A DNA stretch of 64,000 nucleotides. Source: Azolla caroliniana. Lineage: Eukaryota > Plantae > Polypodiophyta. Shown piece by piece: positions 42,601 to 54,794 of this stretch. Location of the stretch: positions 11,346,001-11,410,000 of the forward strand of contig JBHGNT010000020.1 in assembly GCA_043228905.1 (NCBI GenBank). Direction: 5' to 3'. Both the position numbers and the translations under genes were made by a program. How positions within the stretch are numbered: position 1 is the first letter of the stretch; each line of letters starts with the position of its first letter. Below the pieces are notes generated by a model, which saw nothing but the letters and a program-made list of their open reading frames with translations, was not told the origin of the DNA and searched no databases.

Positions 42601-43937
42601 TATCTATGTATCTAAAATACCTAAAGTGGAACAAAAACCTATTGTTCCCAAAAAACACAGTGTCTTTCTTCTGCTGCTGCTTCCTCTGTTTGCTTCTGCA
42701 GCTTTTGCTCTCTGCCTGCTATTCCATTGCTCCCTTCACAAGGCTTGATTTGACTCCCAATCAAAAATTCACATGCAGTTACTACTATTCTCTTAAACAC
42801 AAATGGGATGCATTATGAGGATACATTTGAACTGACACATTGGCATAATAGAGAGGGCATAACATTCATGGAAATGACTGTAAAGCTAAAACTCCGTTGA
42901 TGAATTAACCCAATGTTTGGAGAGAAATTCAGCATTGAGCTTCAAATTGAATGCTTGATAAAATTGGCCACATTGACATAATTAAAAAACAATGCCAAAC
43001 TGCAAACACTGAGGAAAGAAATAAAAGATAAAAAATAAGGACTAAAGTAATGACTGTTCTAATATAGATTTAAATCAAGACATTAGCATTTAAAAAACCA
43101 CATATCTCTTCCATGAGAAAAGATTGTACAAATGAAAAAGCAAAATACTGAAGAAAGGACCAATCAATGAAAAAATGAGTGAAAGGCTTGATATACATTA
43201 CATTTGACACATTGGCATAATACAAAAGAGCATATATTATTCGTGAAATAAAACTCTAAAACATGCAGAAAAACTTTGGAACCACAAATTGAGTGGATGA
43301 ATGAAACTGGGAATGAACCATCAGAAACTCTGGAATTTTGGGTTATAAAGAAAAACTTGAGGATAGTTCAGAGCTTTCTTTTTCCCATGAATTACGCAAT
43401 CAATAAAAAGAAAAAGAAAGTATAAAAAAAACATACCTGAAAGATACTATCAGAATAGGAGCTTTCCATGATTTGTGCAGAGAGAACAAGAACAAAAGTA
43501 CTACCTTGATGACCTTTGATGTATGGCCATGCTTCTCTAAACCAGTTTACAAAGTTTCCATTGGATTCTCTTGCTTGTAATATATCTGCTAATTGACTGG
43601 TCTCAATACCATCCCCGAAAGAGCAACAAGGAGGAGGTAGGAGGAAAGAGAAGTTACTTTTTCTTCTTGGCTTTGATATTGGCAGTGGTGGTGTGATGGA
43701 TAAAATGAAGGTTTCATGGGAGCGTTTGCTGTTGCTGCTGCTGCTTGTTCTTGTTCTTGTTCTTCGTCTCGTTATGGAGGATGTTTCCAAGAAGAGAGAA
43801 GAGTTTTCAAGGGCAATTGGTAACTGTGAGCTTGCAGAGTTATAAATTGTTGATGCAGCAGGAGGAACAGAGGAAACCATGGAAGTAGAAGTAGAAGTAG
43901 AAGAAGAAGAGAAGAAGAAGAAAGCATCATGTGGCAT
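30617..43937 (-). CDS. NAGS: Amino-acid acetyltransferase / N-acetylglutamate synthase (plastid, ArgA-type), 10 exons, 645 aa
   Basis: Exons are 43437-43937, 38660-38747, 34962-35167, 32802-32953, 32097-32517, 31915-32012, 31689-31800, 31033-31192, 30883-30955 and 30617-30743 (1938 nt, phases consistent). Motifs: [78 protein letters not shown] and [17 protein letters not shown]. The N-terminus is a Ser-rich transit peptide. Confidence 0.95.
33400..34460 (-). pseudogene. Possible decayed NPH3/BTB-like gene fragment in NAGS intron 3
   Basis: Colinear fragments [33 protein letters not shown] and EATIDSPL loosely resemble NPH3-family motifs. There are many stops. Confidence 0.25.
35550..37620 (-). 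mobile_element. Degenerate RTE-like LINE (RT region) in NAGS intron 2
   Basis: Frameshifted fragments FPEDW...[39 protein letters not shown] and [10 protein letters not shown]. Confidence 0.75.
39061..39345. repeat. ~142 bp near-perfect tandem duplication in NAGS intron 1
   Basis: CCCATAAGTAGATAAATC...GGTCCTTGAGAC is present twice. Confidence 0.92.
40348..40600 (-). mobile_element. 3'-end copy of the RTE-like LINE
   Basis: GAAAGAAAG..GTCTTTTAGGAGGCCAAAATG...TTTGAGAACAAA...TGTCTTCAAAAG matches 22735-22990. Confidence 0.65.
40716..42738 (+). mobile_element. Internally deleted Ty1/copia (same family as 18605-24779) in NAGS intron 1
   Basis: LTRs ~40716-40929 and 42552-42738; degenerate PBS at 40933; PPT GGTGGGAGGT; TSD CAAGT / CAAGG. 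Only RT ([12 protein letters not shown]) and RNase H remnants remain. Confidence 0.85.
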
Positions 43938-43956
43938 TTCTCAAAGAAGAACAAAA

Positions 43957-44381
43957 GAGAGAGAGAGAGAGAGAGAGAGAGTGTGTGTGTGTGTGTGGGT
44001 GAGTGTGTGTGTGTGTGTGTGGGTGAGTGTGTGTGTGTGTGAGTGTGTGTGTGTGTGAGTGTGTGTGTATGTGTGTGTGTGTGAGTGTGTGTGTATGTGT
44101 GAGTGAGTGAGACTATGTATGAAGAGATGATGGGCCTCTTTGAGTTGTGAGCTGATATGGTTTGGTGGACCCCGTGGGATCGAGCTCCTTTGTTCCCATC
44201 AACCCCCACATGCAACGTGTTCTTCGCTGCTCTGGGTGGGAAGAATCGGGGTTTTTTTTATGTGGGGGGGTCGGGGGGGCACTAGTGTATTTCTTGTGGC
44301 CTCAATCTTTGACGTGTAGGGCCAAGCATAGCATATTGCGAAGTTTGTCCTAGCTTTGACATCATCTCTAAGTGAACTCTC

Positions 44382-44455
<74 letters not shown>
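43957..44455. repeat. Microsatellite cluster upstream of NAGS: (GA)n, (GT)n and palindromic (CT)n(AT)n(AG)n
   Basis: Read directly at 43957-44110 and 44386-44455. Confidence 0.9.
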
Positions 44456-44459
44456 ATGA

Positions 44460-47352
44460 AAGTCGAGCCATTGTTTAGCTTGGTTGTACATCCAGAATCG
44501 GATCGGAGAAAATGTGTCAACACATGAGTTGTATTTCGGGCGAAGGCCAAATCTGAAACACCTAAGAGTATTTGGTAGCATTGCATATGTGCATGTGCCG
44601 GATGAGAAGCGGAAGAAGTTGGATGCCAAATCAGAAAAGTGCATATTGGTCGGACACTCGCATGAACAGAAGGATGACAGTCTATGTGGTGCAGTAGCAG
44701 TGGCAAGGGGGTGGCATCTACACAAGATGGAGGTTAAGAACGTGTTTCTTGAAGGCGACCGTGAAGAAGTGATATTTATGGTCCAACCCCCTAGTTTTCA
44801 GTCGGAATTGAACAAGTCGGCGGTATGCTGACTAAAGAAGTTACTTTATGGACTTAAGCAAGCCCCTCGTGCTTGGAACTCAAAAATCACGCACCGGTTG
44901 CATAAGATGGGGTTTGTAGTCTTGAAGTCTGACTCTTCCTTGTTCATTCGGAAAGGTCCAAATGGTCTGGTGAGCATATTGCTATACGTGGATGACCTTG
45001 TTGTCACATGCCTCGACCTTGCTGAAATCAGCCAAGTCAATACCCAATTGTCTAATGCATTCAAAATGAAGGATTTAGGGAACCTTCACTACTTCCTCAG
45101 GATCGAAGTCATCCACACCACCGACAACATATTGCTCACTCAATGACATTATGTCTTGAATATGTTGTACAAGTTTGGGATGACGAATTGCCAATCCATC
45201 TCTACTCCAATTGTCTGATGCATTGAAAATGAAGGATTTAGGGAACCTTCACTACTTCCTCAGGATCGAAGTCATCCACACCACCGACAACATATTGCTC
45301 ACTCAACGACATTATGTCTTGAATATGTTGTACAAGTTCGGGATGACGGATTGCCAATCCGTCTCTACTCCAATTGTCTGATGCATTCAAAATGAAGGAT
45401 TTAGGGAACCTTCACTACTTCCTCAGGATCGAAGTCATCCACACCACCGATGACATATTGCTCACTCAACGACATTATGTCTTGAATCTGTTGTACAAGT
45501 TCGGGATGACGGATTGCCAATCCGTCTCTACTCCAATTGTCTGATGCATTGAAAATGAAGGATTTAGGGAACCTTCACTACTTCCTCAGGATCGAAGTCA
45601 TCCACACCACCGACGGCATATTGCTCACTCAACGACATTATGTCTTGAATATGTTGTACAAGTTCAGGATGACGGATTGCCAATCCGTCTCTACTCCACT
45701 TGACAGAAACCAGAAGCTTTGTCCTAACTCGGGAGCGGCCTGTGATGAGATATGGTTCTGGCAAATTGTCGGAAGCCTCGTTGATCTAACCATCACCCAA
45801 CCCGATCTTAGCTATCTGATCGGTGTGATAAGTTAGTTCATGCAAAGACCGACAATCGACCACCTTTAGTGCGCGCATCAAATATTGTGATATGTAAGCG
45901 GCACGAAGGATCAAGGATTGTTGTACCGGCACGACATAACCAAACAGCTAGTTGGCTATACTGATGCCGACTGCGGTGGAGACACCACAGATCAATGGTT
46001 GAAATTAGGGTTCATGTTCTCTCATGGGAGTGCGGTTGTAGCATGAACAACAAGAAGCAGCCGACATTGGCCCTATCAAGCACTGAGGCTGAGTACCAAG
46101 GAGTCGTTGTTGCTACGTGTGAGGCTATATGGCTCAAGCGGTTGTTGCAAGACTTACGGGTCAAAGTTCCCACTTCGATCCCGATCTATTGTGACAACAT
46201 CAGTAGCATGCAGCTGGCCAAGAACCTAGTATTCCATGCTTGTACGAAGCACATAGAAGTGCATTATCACTTTATGCGAGAGTGGGTCCTGAGTGGTGAA
46301 GTCAAACTTTGGTATGTTCAAACCTATTAGCATGTTTCCGACATTTTCTCCAAGGCCCTTGGGACAGACAAGTTACATCACTTCTTGGAGATGCTTGGTA
46401 TTCAGCGCCTCAACGTGCCGCACTTGAGGGGGAGAGCAGCTGGGAAGAACAACCATTGTGATGATGAGCAAGAGAAAGAACTAGCCGAAGACAAGAGGAG
46501 AGCCAAAGAAGAAGCTGAATCAACTGAGGAAGTCGAAACATCCGATAGAGTTGGAAGAAGTAGCAAAGGCGGCAGAGTCAAGAAGGACAGAGCTAATCAG
46601 AAGAAAAAGGCCAGGACCAAGACATGGTCGGATGTGATCAAGGTCCTGAAGAAGGATGACGAATTGGAGACAACCAATTCGGACAAGAGCGGGAACGAAT
46701 CAGAGATAGCCGATTTGATCAAGTGGGTTGATTCGGACGAGCCGAATTACATGAAGGCCAAGTGGACAAGGAGGCAACCGAAGTTAACACTGAAACAACG
46801 GTTTCGACAGGACGAGGGGCATCAATGCCGCGACAACGAGAGAGCTAACAAGGACCTTATGAGCATACAAGCCGACCAAAGAGGTTGAGAAGCACATGAC
46901 CGTATGGGTCGAGGAGTGCATGCCAAAAGACGGCAGAGCAGGAAGGAACCTCAAGTTGAGCTTGAGGGGGAGTGTTGAGAAGCAAGCTCAACATGGGCCG
47001 GATCGGAGAACCAGATCCGCGGGGAGCCGGTAGGCCGTTAGAGGCCTATGCTCCTAGATTAGTAGGTAGTTATATTTTTAGGAGTTAGTTTCAGTAGCTC
47101 AGTTATGAGTATTGAAGTACTTGTTAGTACTTTTGACCGTCATTGAAGGACTTGTATAAAAGTGCTCTTTGAGCACAATTATATGCACAAAGCATTATTA
47201 TTTTGAATAGAGTTCAGTCTTCTGCTCTCTCTATTTCTCCTGTGTTCTGTGTGTCCTTCCATTGTTTCTTTGTGTTTTATGTTGTTCTCCACCTGAGCCG
47301 GTTGAGTTTTGTTTAGCTTCTGCACATTAATCTTTTCAATTTTCTTTGAACA
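44460..47352 (+). mobile_element. Truncated Ty1/copia (integrase tail fused to RT, RNase H, 3' LTR from 46973)
   Basis: HLRVFGSIAYVHVP, LYVDDL, ALSSTEAEY and TKHIEVHYHF motifs; PPT GAGGGGGAG followed by TGTTGAGA. Similar to 48002-53402. Confidence 0.88.
45044..45698. repeat. Four tandem 163-bp units inside the copia RT
   Basis: CCAATTGTCT.ATGCATT.AAAATGAAGG starts at 45044, 45207, 45370 and 45533. Confidence 0.95.
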
Positions 47353-47355
47353 ACA

Positions 47356-48001
47356 GTATCGACTAAAGGTCGAAAAAGGAGGGAGGATTCTCCCTTGCAA
47401 GGATGGCCGACCTAATTGTGCCGAATCGTGGTGCTAAGCCATTGACACGTATCTGGGCCATTTCGTCGTCGTCTATGCTAATGTTGATTGATCCAAGGGC
47501 ATCACACAACTCCTTGACCTTCAAGGTGTAGCTGTTAACCAACATATCCCTTTGTTGAATATTGTTCGACTCCTGTCATAGTTGAAGCTTGTGTGCAACC
47601 GTGTTGGCTGCAAAGATCTTCTTAAGGTAGCCCAAGGCTTCTTTCGACGTTTTTGCTTCTCGAATGTAGCCAAGCATGTGATCATGAACGCATGATGGCA
47701 AGCAACACAACGCGCGACTCGTCATGTGCACCCAAGTTGGGTAGTCCGCATGTGCCAGGTTGGGTTGATTTTCTTGAGCTCCTTCAACGTAGCTCCAATA
47801 GCCTTGACTGACAAGGTATTGGTGCATCTTGTATTCCCAATATGCAAAGTTTGATCTGTCGAGTTTCTCGGTGGGAAGAGCGCTTCCCATCTGAGTGTTC
47901 ATTGTGTGGTTTTTTTTCTCTGTCGTTGGGCCGGTTGTGTTTGATCATTGGCGAGCAACACAACACAATTGAGAGAATCAAATTACCATACGCTTTGATG
48001 T
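47356..48001 (-). mobile_element. Ty1/copia gag and leader fragment (its PBS and 5' LTR continue at 53403-53686)
   Basis: ORFs MGSALPTEKLDRSNFAYWEYKMHQYL and KVKELCDALGSI are paralogous to gag at 48495. Confidence 0.85.
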
Positions 48002-51000
48002 TGTTGAGATACAAGCTCAACATTGGCCGGATCAGCTGTGCAAACCGAGAACCGGATCGGTTGGGACCGATCGATTAGGCCGGACCGGTGCGTAACGAGA
48101 GGCCGTATCGGTGCGTAAACCGAAAGGTCGTTAGAGAGATATTCCTCGTAAGGAATAGTTTTGGGAGTAAGTGTCGAGGCTCATTTATGAGCAGTCAAGT
48201 ATTGTCAGTACTTGTGTTAGCCCATTGTCAGGGCTTGTATAAAAGGTGCTCACTGAGCACGATGTATGTATAGAGAGTTAGTATTTTTTAATAGAGTTTC
48301 TGTGTGTTCTCTCTCTGTCTCTCCCGCGTATTGTGTGTTCAATCTCTCCATTAAACCTGTGTATCTTCTGCATTTTGTCTTCTATTTTGCTTCTGCACGC
48401 TACTTTTTACATGGTATTAGAGCGCGAGGGTTGAGATCCTCTACAGCCAACATAGCTTGAAAGAAAAACCAACCAAGAAGAATAGGTAAAACCGATGGAT
48501 AGAGGCATGGCTAGCTCGCTTCCAACAGAGAAGCTCGACATAAACAACTACGTGTCTTGGTCTTACAAGATGCACCAATACTTGCTCGGGCACGGTTACT
48601 GGAGCTATGTTGATGGAGCAAACGACACAACACCCGAATCGTCACACAGAGATTTCCCGGCGTGGGAACAGTCGACGAGTAGAGTATTGTACTGCTTCGC
48701 GTCTTGTGTGGGCGAACAACTCCTAAGCTACATTCGGGATGCGAAAATGCCAAAGGATGCTTGGGGAAATCTGAAGAAGATTTTCGCCGCGAGCACCACA
48801 ACCAGGAAGCTTCAACTCCGACAGGAGCTGAGCAACCTACGACAATGCGACTTGTCGGTGGCTGATTACACCTCGAAGATCAAAGATATATGCGACTCCT
48901 TAGCCTCCATCGATGTGAACATCGAGGAAGGCGAGATGGTGCAGATCTGTCTAGAGGGACTGGCGTCGAAGTTCGGAGCGTTCCGAACTGCTATGTGTAC
49001 ACGGGAGAATACATCGTCGTTTTTCAACCTATAGTCAATGCTCCTTATAGAGGAGAACCACGTGGGTGCATCGACAAGCACGCATGTTGATAGCAAGATG
49101 CTGTAAACAGAGGGAGATAAGCCCCGTGGTCGTGGTGGACGAGGCGAGTCGGTACGCAATGAAGGCGGCCGACGGGATCAAGGAAAAAGGCATCGAAGTG
49201 ATGCCGACAGCAATTCCGGACCCTCCGGAAACAGGGGGAGTTGAGGCGACGAGAACCGGAAAGGGAAATCCGTCGCGGAATGCTGGTACTATGGCAAGAA
49301 AGGCCATAGGGAGAGCGAGTGTTGGAAAAAGCGTGCCGATTCGGAGAGAGCCAGGTCCGGATCAGGCTCCGGATAGACCGACAAAGGAAATCGACAGCGA
49401 TCGCACTACGCCGAAGGATCCGGAAAAGGGTCAGTCTTCGTGACGAGACACAAAACAAACTCGATGAAAAAGATCACCCCGAAGTCGGACGAGGTGTGGT
49501 ACGCCAACTCCGGCGTGTCAAACCATATGACGTGCCACGAGGAGTGTTCTCATACCTTGAGAAACCGACGCAACCGGGAGTAGTCGCAACCGGAGACGAC
49601 ACCCTACATCTGATCGCGAATGTCAGTGAAGTTCCCTTGAGCCATGTCGGGCAGAAAGGGAAACTCATGAATGTGTTACACGTCCTGACAATCACAAAGA
49701 ACCTAGTGTCGGTCGGGCAGATCGTCGACCACGGGATGCAATTTCAGTTTACGCACCTTAGGTGCTTCATCGAGGAAGAAGGCCAGATTATTGCACAAGG
49801 GCATAGAGATGGGAGGATGTTTATCCTCGACTCTAGTGACGGTGGCACCGCAATGTTCGCGAAAGGACAAAAAGTCGAGTCGGATATCGACTTATGGCAC
49901 AAGCGGATAGGCCACGTCAACTATCAACAGCTTCATGACCTGCAATCGAAACAGGTGGTGTTCGGATTGCCCAAATTTAGTGGCCGGAAGGCACAAATTT
50001 GTGAAGCCTGCCAGCGAGGGAAGCAACACCGACTTCCTTTCCCTAACGAGCGTAATCGGAGCCGGAACAAGCTCGACTTGATACATTCCGATGTATGGGA
50101 GCCGACACAGAACGTTCTATTGGGCCGAGGTGGTACGAACCACGATATACATCTAGAATCGGATCGGAGACAAAGTGTCGGTGCATGAGCAGTATTTCGG
50201 AAGGAAGCCGAACCTGCGACACTTGAGAGTCTTCGGTAGCATTGCGTATGTGCATGTGCCAAGGGAGAAACGGAGGAAGTTGGACGCGAAAGTCGAGAAG
50301 TGTATCTTGGTCGGCTATTCGGACGAGCTGAAGGGTTATAAGTGTTATGACCCTCGCACCAAACAAGCGCGCGTGAGTTCCGACGTTGTGTTTGACGAGT
50401 CCACGTCCTGGTACTTGCCTCTGACTCTAGACCTCACCTCGAATCCGAGTTTTGATGATGAGGTCAGTGAGGCCGAGATGCTTACGAATGCGCCTGAAAT
50501 CGGGACCCGCGAAGAGAGTCCGATTTCGTTTTGGTTAAGCGAACCGAATGGACGACTGAGTCGGTTCGACTAGTCCGATGAAGAGCCGGCGAGTAGTGGA
50601 GACTCGGTCGTGCATTCCCCGCGCAGGAAGCCGAGGAGACGGCTTACGCGCAAAGAAAAATAGAAGAAGAAGGTGTCGGATTACGGCACGGATAGGAATG
50701 AGTCGGATCGTCGCATGTCTGACTCTGAGGGAAGTGACGACGGGTCTTTAAGAGCGAAGTCAGCGTCGGCCATGAAAGCCTCAACATCGGCTAATGAGCA
50801 ATTACGCCGATCAACCCACCAGAAGAACCCTGTTGTGCGGTTCGGTTACAATGAGTACATGGCGCATCACTATGCGTACATGACGCGTGTAGCGGAAGTG
50901 CGTGAGTCGGAGAGCTACGTAGAAGCGGCGAAGGACACGAATTGGCGTGCCGCAATGGAGGAAGAGATGCGCGCACTAGCCGAAAATGAAACTTGGGACC

Positions 51001-53402
51001 TAGTTGATGCACCGAAGGGTGTGAAGCCAATCGGATGCAAGTGGGTGTACAAGGTCAAGTACAACACCGACGACTCGGTCAACCGATACAAGGCCCGGTT
51101 AGTAGCGAAAGGCTATGCGCAAAAACACTACATCGACTACGATGAGACGTTTGCGCTGGTCGCGAAGATGACGACCGTCTGTGTTTTGCTCACGGTAGCT
51201 GCGGCAACGGGGTGGCACTTACATCAGATGGATGTAAAGAATGCGTTCCTGCAAGGTGAGCTTGAGGAACAGGTGTACATGGTACAACCCCCCGGATTTC
51301 ACTCCGGAACGAACACTTCGGCGGTGTGCTGATTGAAGAAGTCCCTTTACGGACTAAAGCAAGCCCCGCGTGCCTGGAACGCGAAGATCACGCAGCAGCT
51401 GCATCGGATGGGCTTTGCGGTGTCGAAATCGGATTCCTCACTGTTCATCCGGAAAGGTCGACTCGGGCCGGTTAGTATTTTACTTTATGTTGATGACTTG
51501 GTCATCACCGACGTTGACCTGGGTGAAATTGACCGCGTCAAGATCCAGCTTGCGGCATCATTCGACATGAAGGATCTGGGGGACCTTCATTACTTCCTCG
51601 GGATCGAAGTGATCCGCACCCCCGAAGGCATACGATCAGCCAACGACATTATGTGCTGAGTATGCTCTTCAAATTTGGGATGGCCGACTGTAAGTCCGTC
51701 TCGACTCCTCTGGATAGAACCGTCAAGCTTCGCCCCGACTCCAGAAAGGTATGTGATCCGATGAGGTTCCGACAAATAGTCGGAAGCCTTATATACTTGA
51801 CCATCACCCGACCAGATCTTAGCTACCCGGTCGGGGTGATTAGTCAGTTCATGGCGCGACCGACCAAGGAGCACCTTTAGTGCGCACAACGCGTACTCCA
51901 ATACGTCAGTGGCACTAAGGACCGGGGGCTACTATATCGGGCCGATACTGTCGCGCAGTTGGTCGGTTACACCGATGCTGATTGGGCCGGAAACGCCAAC
52001 GATCGCCGATCCACGTTCGGTTTCACGTTCTCTCTCGGGAGTGCCGCGATCGCGTGGAGTAACAAGAAGCAGCCAATAGTTGTGCTGTCGAGCACCGAGG
52101 CCGAGTATAGAGGAGCGGCTGTCGCGACATGCGAAGCCATATGGTTGAAGCGGCTACTTAAGGATCTGCAGGTGGAGGTGTCTGATCCAACGACCATCTA
52201 CTGCGACAACCTCAGCAGCATCCAGCTCGCAAAGAACCCCGCTTTCAACGCCCAGACTAAGCACATTGAGGTGCACTACCATTTTGTCTACGAGCGTGTA
52301 CTCTCTTGTGAAGTCGAACTTCAGTATGATCCGATGGATCGGCAGACCGCCGACATCTTCACCAAGCCTCTTGGTCTCGACAAGTTGCGGCAATTCTCGG
52401 GTGCGCTTGGGTTGCGTCACCTCGACGTACTGAACTTAAGGGGGAGAGATGTCCTGAATGACCACGGAAGGGGGAGAGAAATTCCAGAAGACCGTGACGC
52501 CGAGTCGGATGACGAATTCGATTTCGGATCGGTTGAAGAAGCCGAGGGCGGATCTGCGGAAGAGTCCGAAAGCGGACATAAGGGGAGCAGTCAAAAGGAA
52601 GAGCCGAAGCCAACCAAGCATGGGGGAGACGAAGCCATCAAGGGAAAGAAGATTGAAGACAAGTTGGAGACAACCAACTCGGATGAGAGCGAAAATCGAT
52701 CGGAGGAAGCCGAGTCAGTTCGGATGTTTGATTCGGATACGCTGAATCAACCGAGGGCCAAGCGGAAGAGAAGGCAGCAGAAGAGGCGCCAACACCGCAA
52801 CAGCAAGGAAGCTGAGAAGGGCCGTGTGAGCAGACAAGCCGACCGAAAGGGTCGAGGCGCGCGGAATCGAACGGGTCGAGGAGCGCGAGCAAGGTGTGAA
52901 GCCAGAAGGAACCGGAACGTAGATCCGGAAGAGCGGATGGAACCTCAAGTTGAGCTTGAGGGGGAGTGTTGAGATACAAGCTCAACATTGGCCGGATCGG
53001 CTGTGCAAACCGAGAACCGGATTGGTTGGGACCAATCGGTTAGGCCGGACCGGTGCGTAAAACGGATACGCAAACCGGTGCGTAACGAGAGGCCATATCA
53101 GTGCGTAAACCGAAAGGCAGTTAGAGAGATATTCCTCATAAGGAATAGTTTTGGGAGTAAGTGTCGAGGCTCATTTATGAGCAGTCAAGTATTGCCAGTA
53201 CTTGTGTCAGCCCATTGTCAAGGCTTGTATAAAAGGTGCTCACTGAGCACGATGTATGTACAGAGAGTTAGTATTTTTTAATAGAGTTTCTGTGTGTTCT
53301 CTCTCTGTCTCTCCCGCGTACTTTGTGTTCAATCTCTCCATTAAACCTGTGTATCTTCTGCGTTTTGTCTTTCTATTTTGCTTCCGCATGCTACTTTTTA
53401 CA
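48002..53402 (+). mobile_element. Ty1/copia element with both LTRs (48002-48411, 52967-53402); defective
   Basis: TG..CA LTRs differ by roughly 15-20 substitutions plus a ~24 bp indel, judged by eye. PBS TGGTATTAGAGC at 48412; PPT at 52958-52966; TSD GATGT / GATGC. Gag, CCHC knuckle, gag-pre-integrase, RT and RNase H are present with stops. The integrase core is deleted near 50115. Confidence 0.95.
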
Positions 53403-53409
53403 GATGCCA

Positions 53410-53463
53410 TGTAAAGAAATGGAGAGTGTAGGTGATCTTGTGCAGTGGAAGGAAATTGTGTGC

Positions 53464-53509
<46 letters not shown>

Positions 53510-53686
53510 ATATTAGCAATATGAAAATACATCCAATAGTAACTTAGTCACAAAAGGGTTGGTTTAAATACCAACTAACTTAGGGCAATTGCCCTTTCTA
53601 CTATTTACAAAACTAGCATGAACCTAGAGTGTTCGTTACTAGTGTGAAAGTCATTGCATTGGGGTAGTTGGGTTTGACTCTCAACA
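53410..53686 (-). mobile_element. 5' LTR of the minus-strand copia whose gag is at 47356-47902
   Basis: TGTAAAG...TCTCAACA bounds adjacent to the split PBS. A related sequence (TAGGGCAA.TGCCCTTT..CTATTTACA) occurs at window positions 10-90. Confidence 0.7.
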
Positions 53687-53689
53687 AGG

Positions 53690-54790
53690 ATCAATTTGCT
53701 TTGGCTTCAGGGTTGTATATAAATTGGAGGTAGTCTCACCTTATTTCTTGTACGGAGAGTGATTTGGAATGTTTGGGATGGCGAGGGTTAATGATTACAC
53801 GAGGATTGATTTATCAACATTCGGGTTACCCATTGGGTGTTGATGTTGCAAATGTTCAATTGATTGATTGGATTGAAAGTAAATTGAAGGACAAATTTAT
53901 GTATTGGAAGTATCAATTATGGCCCTTTCATGTACGACTCAAAGTTGTGCAATGTATCTTGATACCCATGTTATTATATTTTTTACCATTACTACCTTGG
54001 ACTAAGAAGGCATTACAAAATATGTTACAACCTATTCTGTGCATGTTGTGGTGGAAGGGAGAAATGATGGGAGTTACATGGATTTCATGGGACCATTTGG
54101 CTAATCCCAAAAGGTTACATGGTGTAGGAATATTGGATTTGGAAATGCATTTGATAGCACATAGATTTGCATTATTATGAGATATATGTCAACAAGTTCC
54201 ACCATGAATATCTATTATGCAATATTTTATTGAGCGTGAAGGATTGGTGCACGGAAAAACAAAGATTCAAGCATCCTGGTGGTCATTACTCAATGGAAGT
54301 ATTCCTCTAAAAAATCGACATTCTATATGTGGACAACATTTTATAAGATCATGGCAAGATGCATTATCTCTTTTTGAGTGGGAACCATCAAGTGATCGAG
54401 AATATTGTAATTCATTACAAACTGAATTACGTGTTTCTTCTCGAGTGTTGTTTTGGCATGGGAAAGAGAAGTTGAGATCTCAATCCAATCATTTATTTCG
54501 ATTGGGGATTGTACATTTGGAAGATGTAGTTGATAATGAATAGCAAATTATGGATTTATTTGGGCGAAACTATAAGATATACCATTATTGCAAGGATGTT
54601 TGCCATTGAAAACAAATGTTGCACCTTTGGTGGATTGGCGATTACAAGATGGTACACGCTTGTTATAAGTCACTACAAATATATTGTATCATCATGCAAT
54701 GGCATCATTATCTTGGCTATCTCCTAAAACAGAGAAGTTGTGGAATGTATGTAAGTCAGCTGCAAGGTGGTGGAAAACATGACAACGTGG
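53690..54790 (+). mobile_element. L1-like LINE ORF2 remnant (post-RT region)
   Basis: GYPLGV..KLKDKFMYWK..RLKVVQCILIPM..YF..ISWDHLANPKRLHGVGILDL. Confidence 0.75.
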
Positions 54791-54794
54791 TTAG

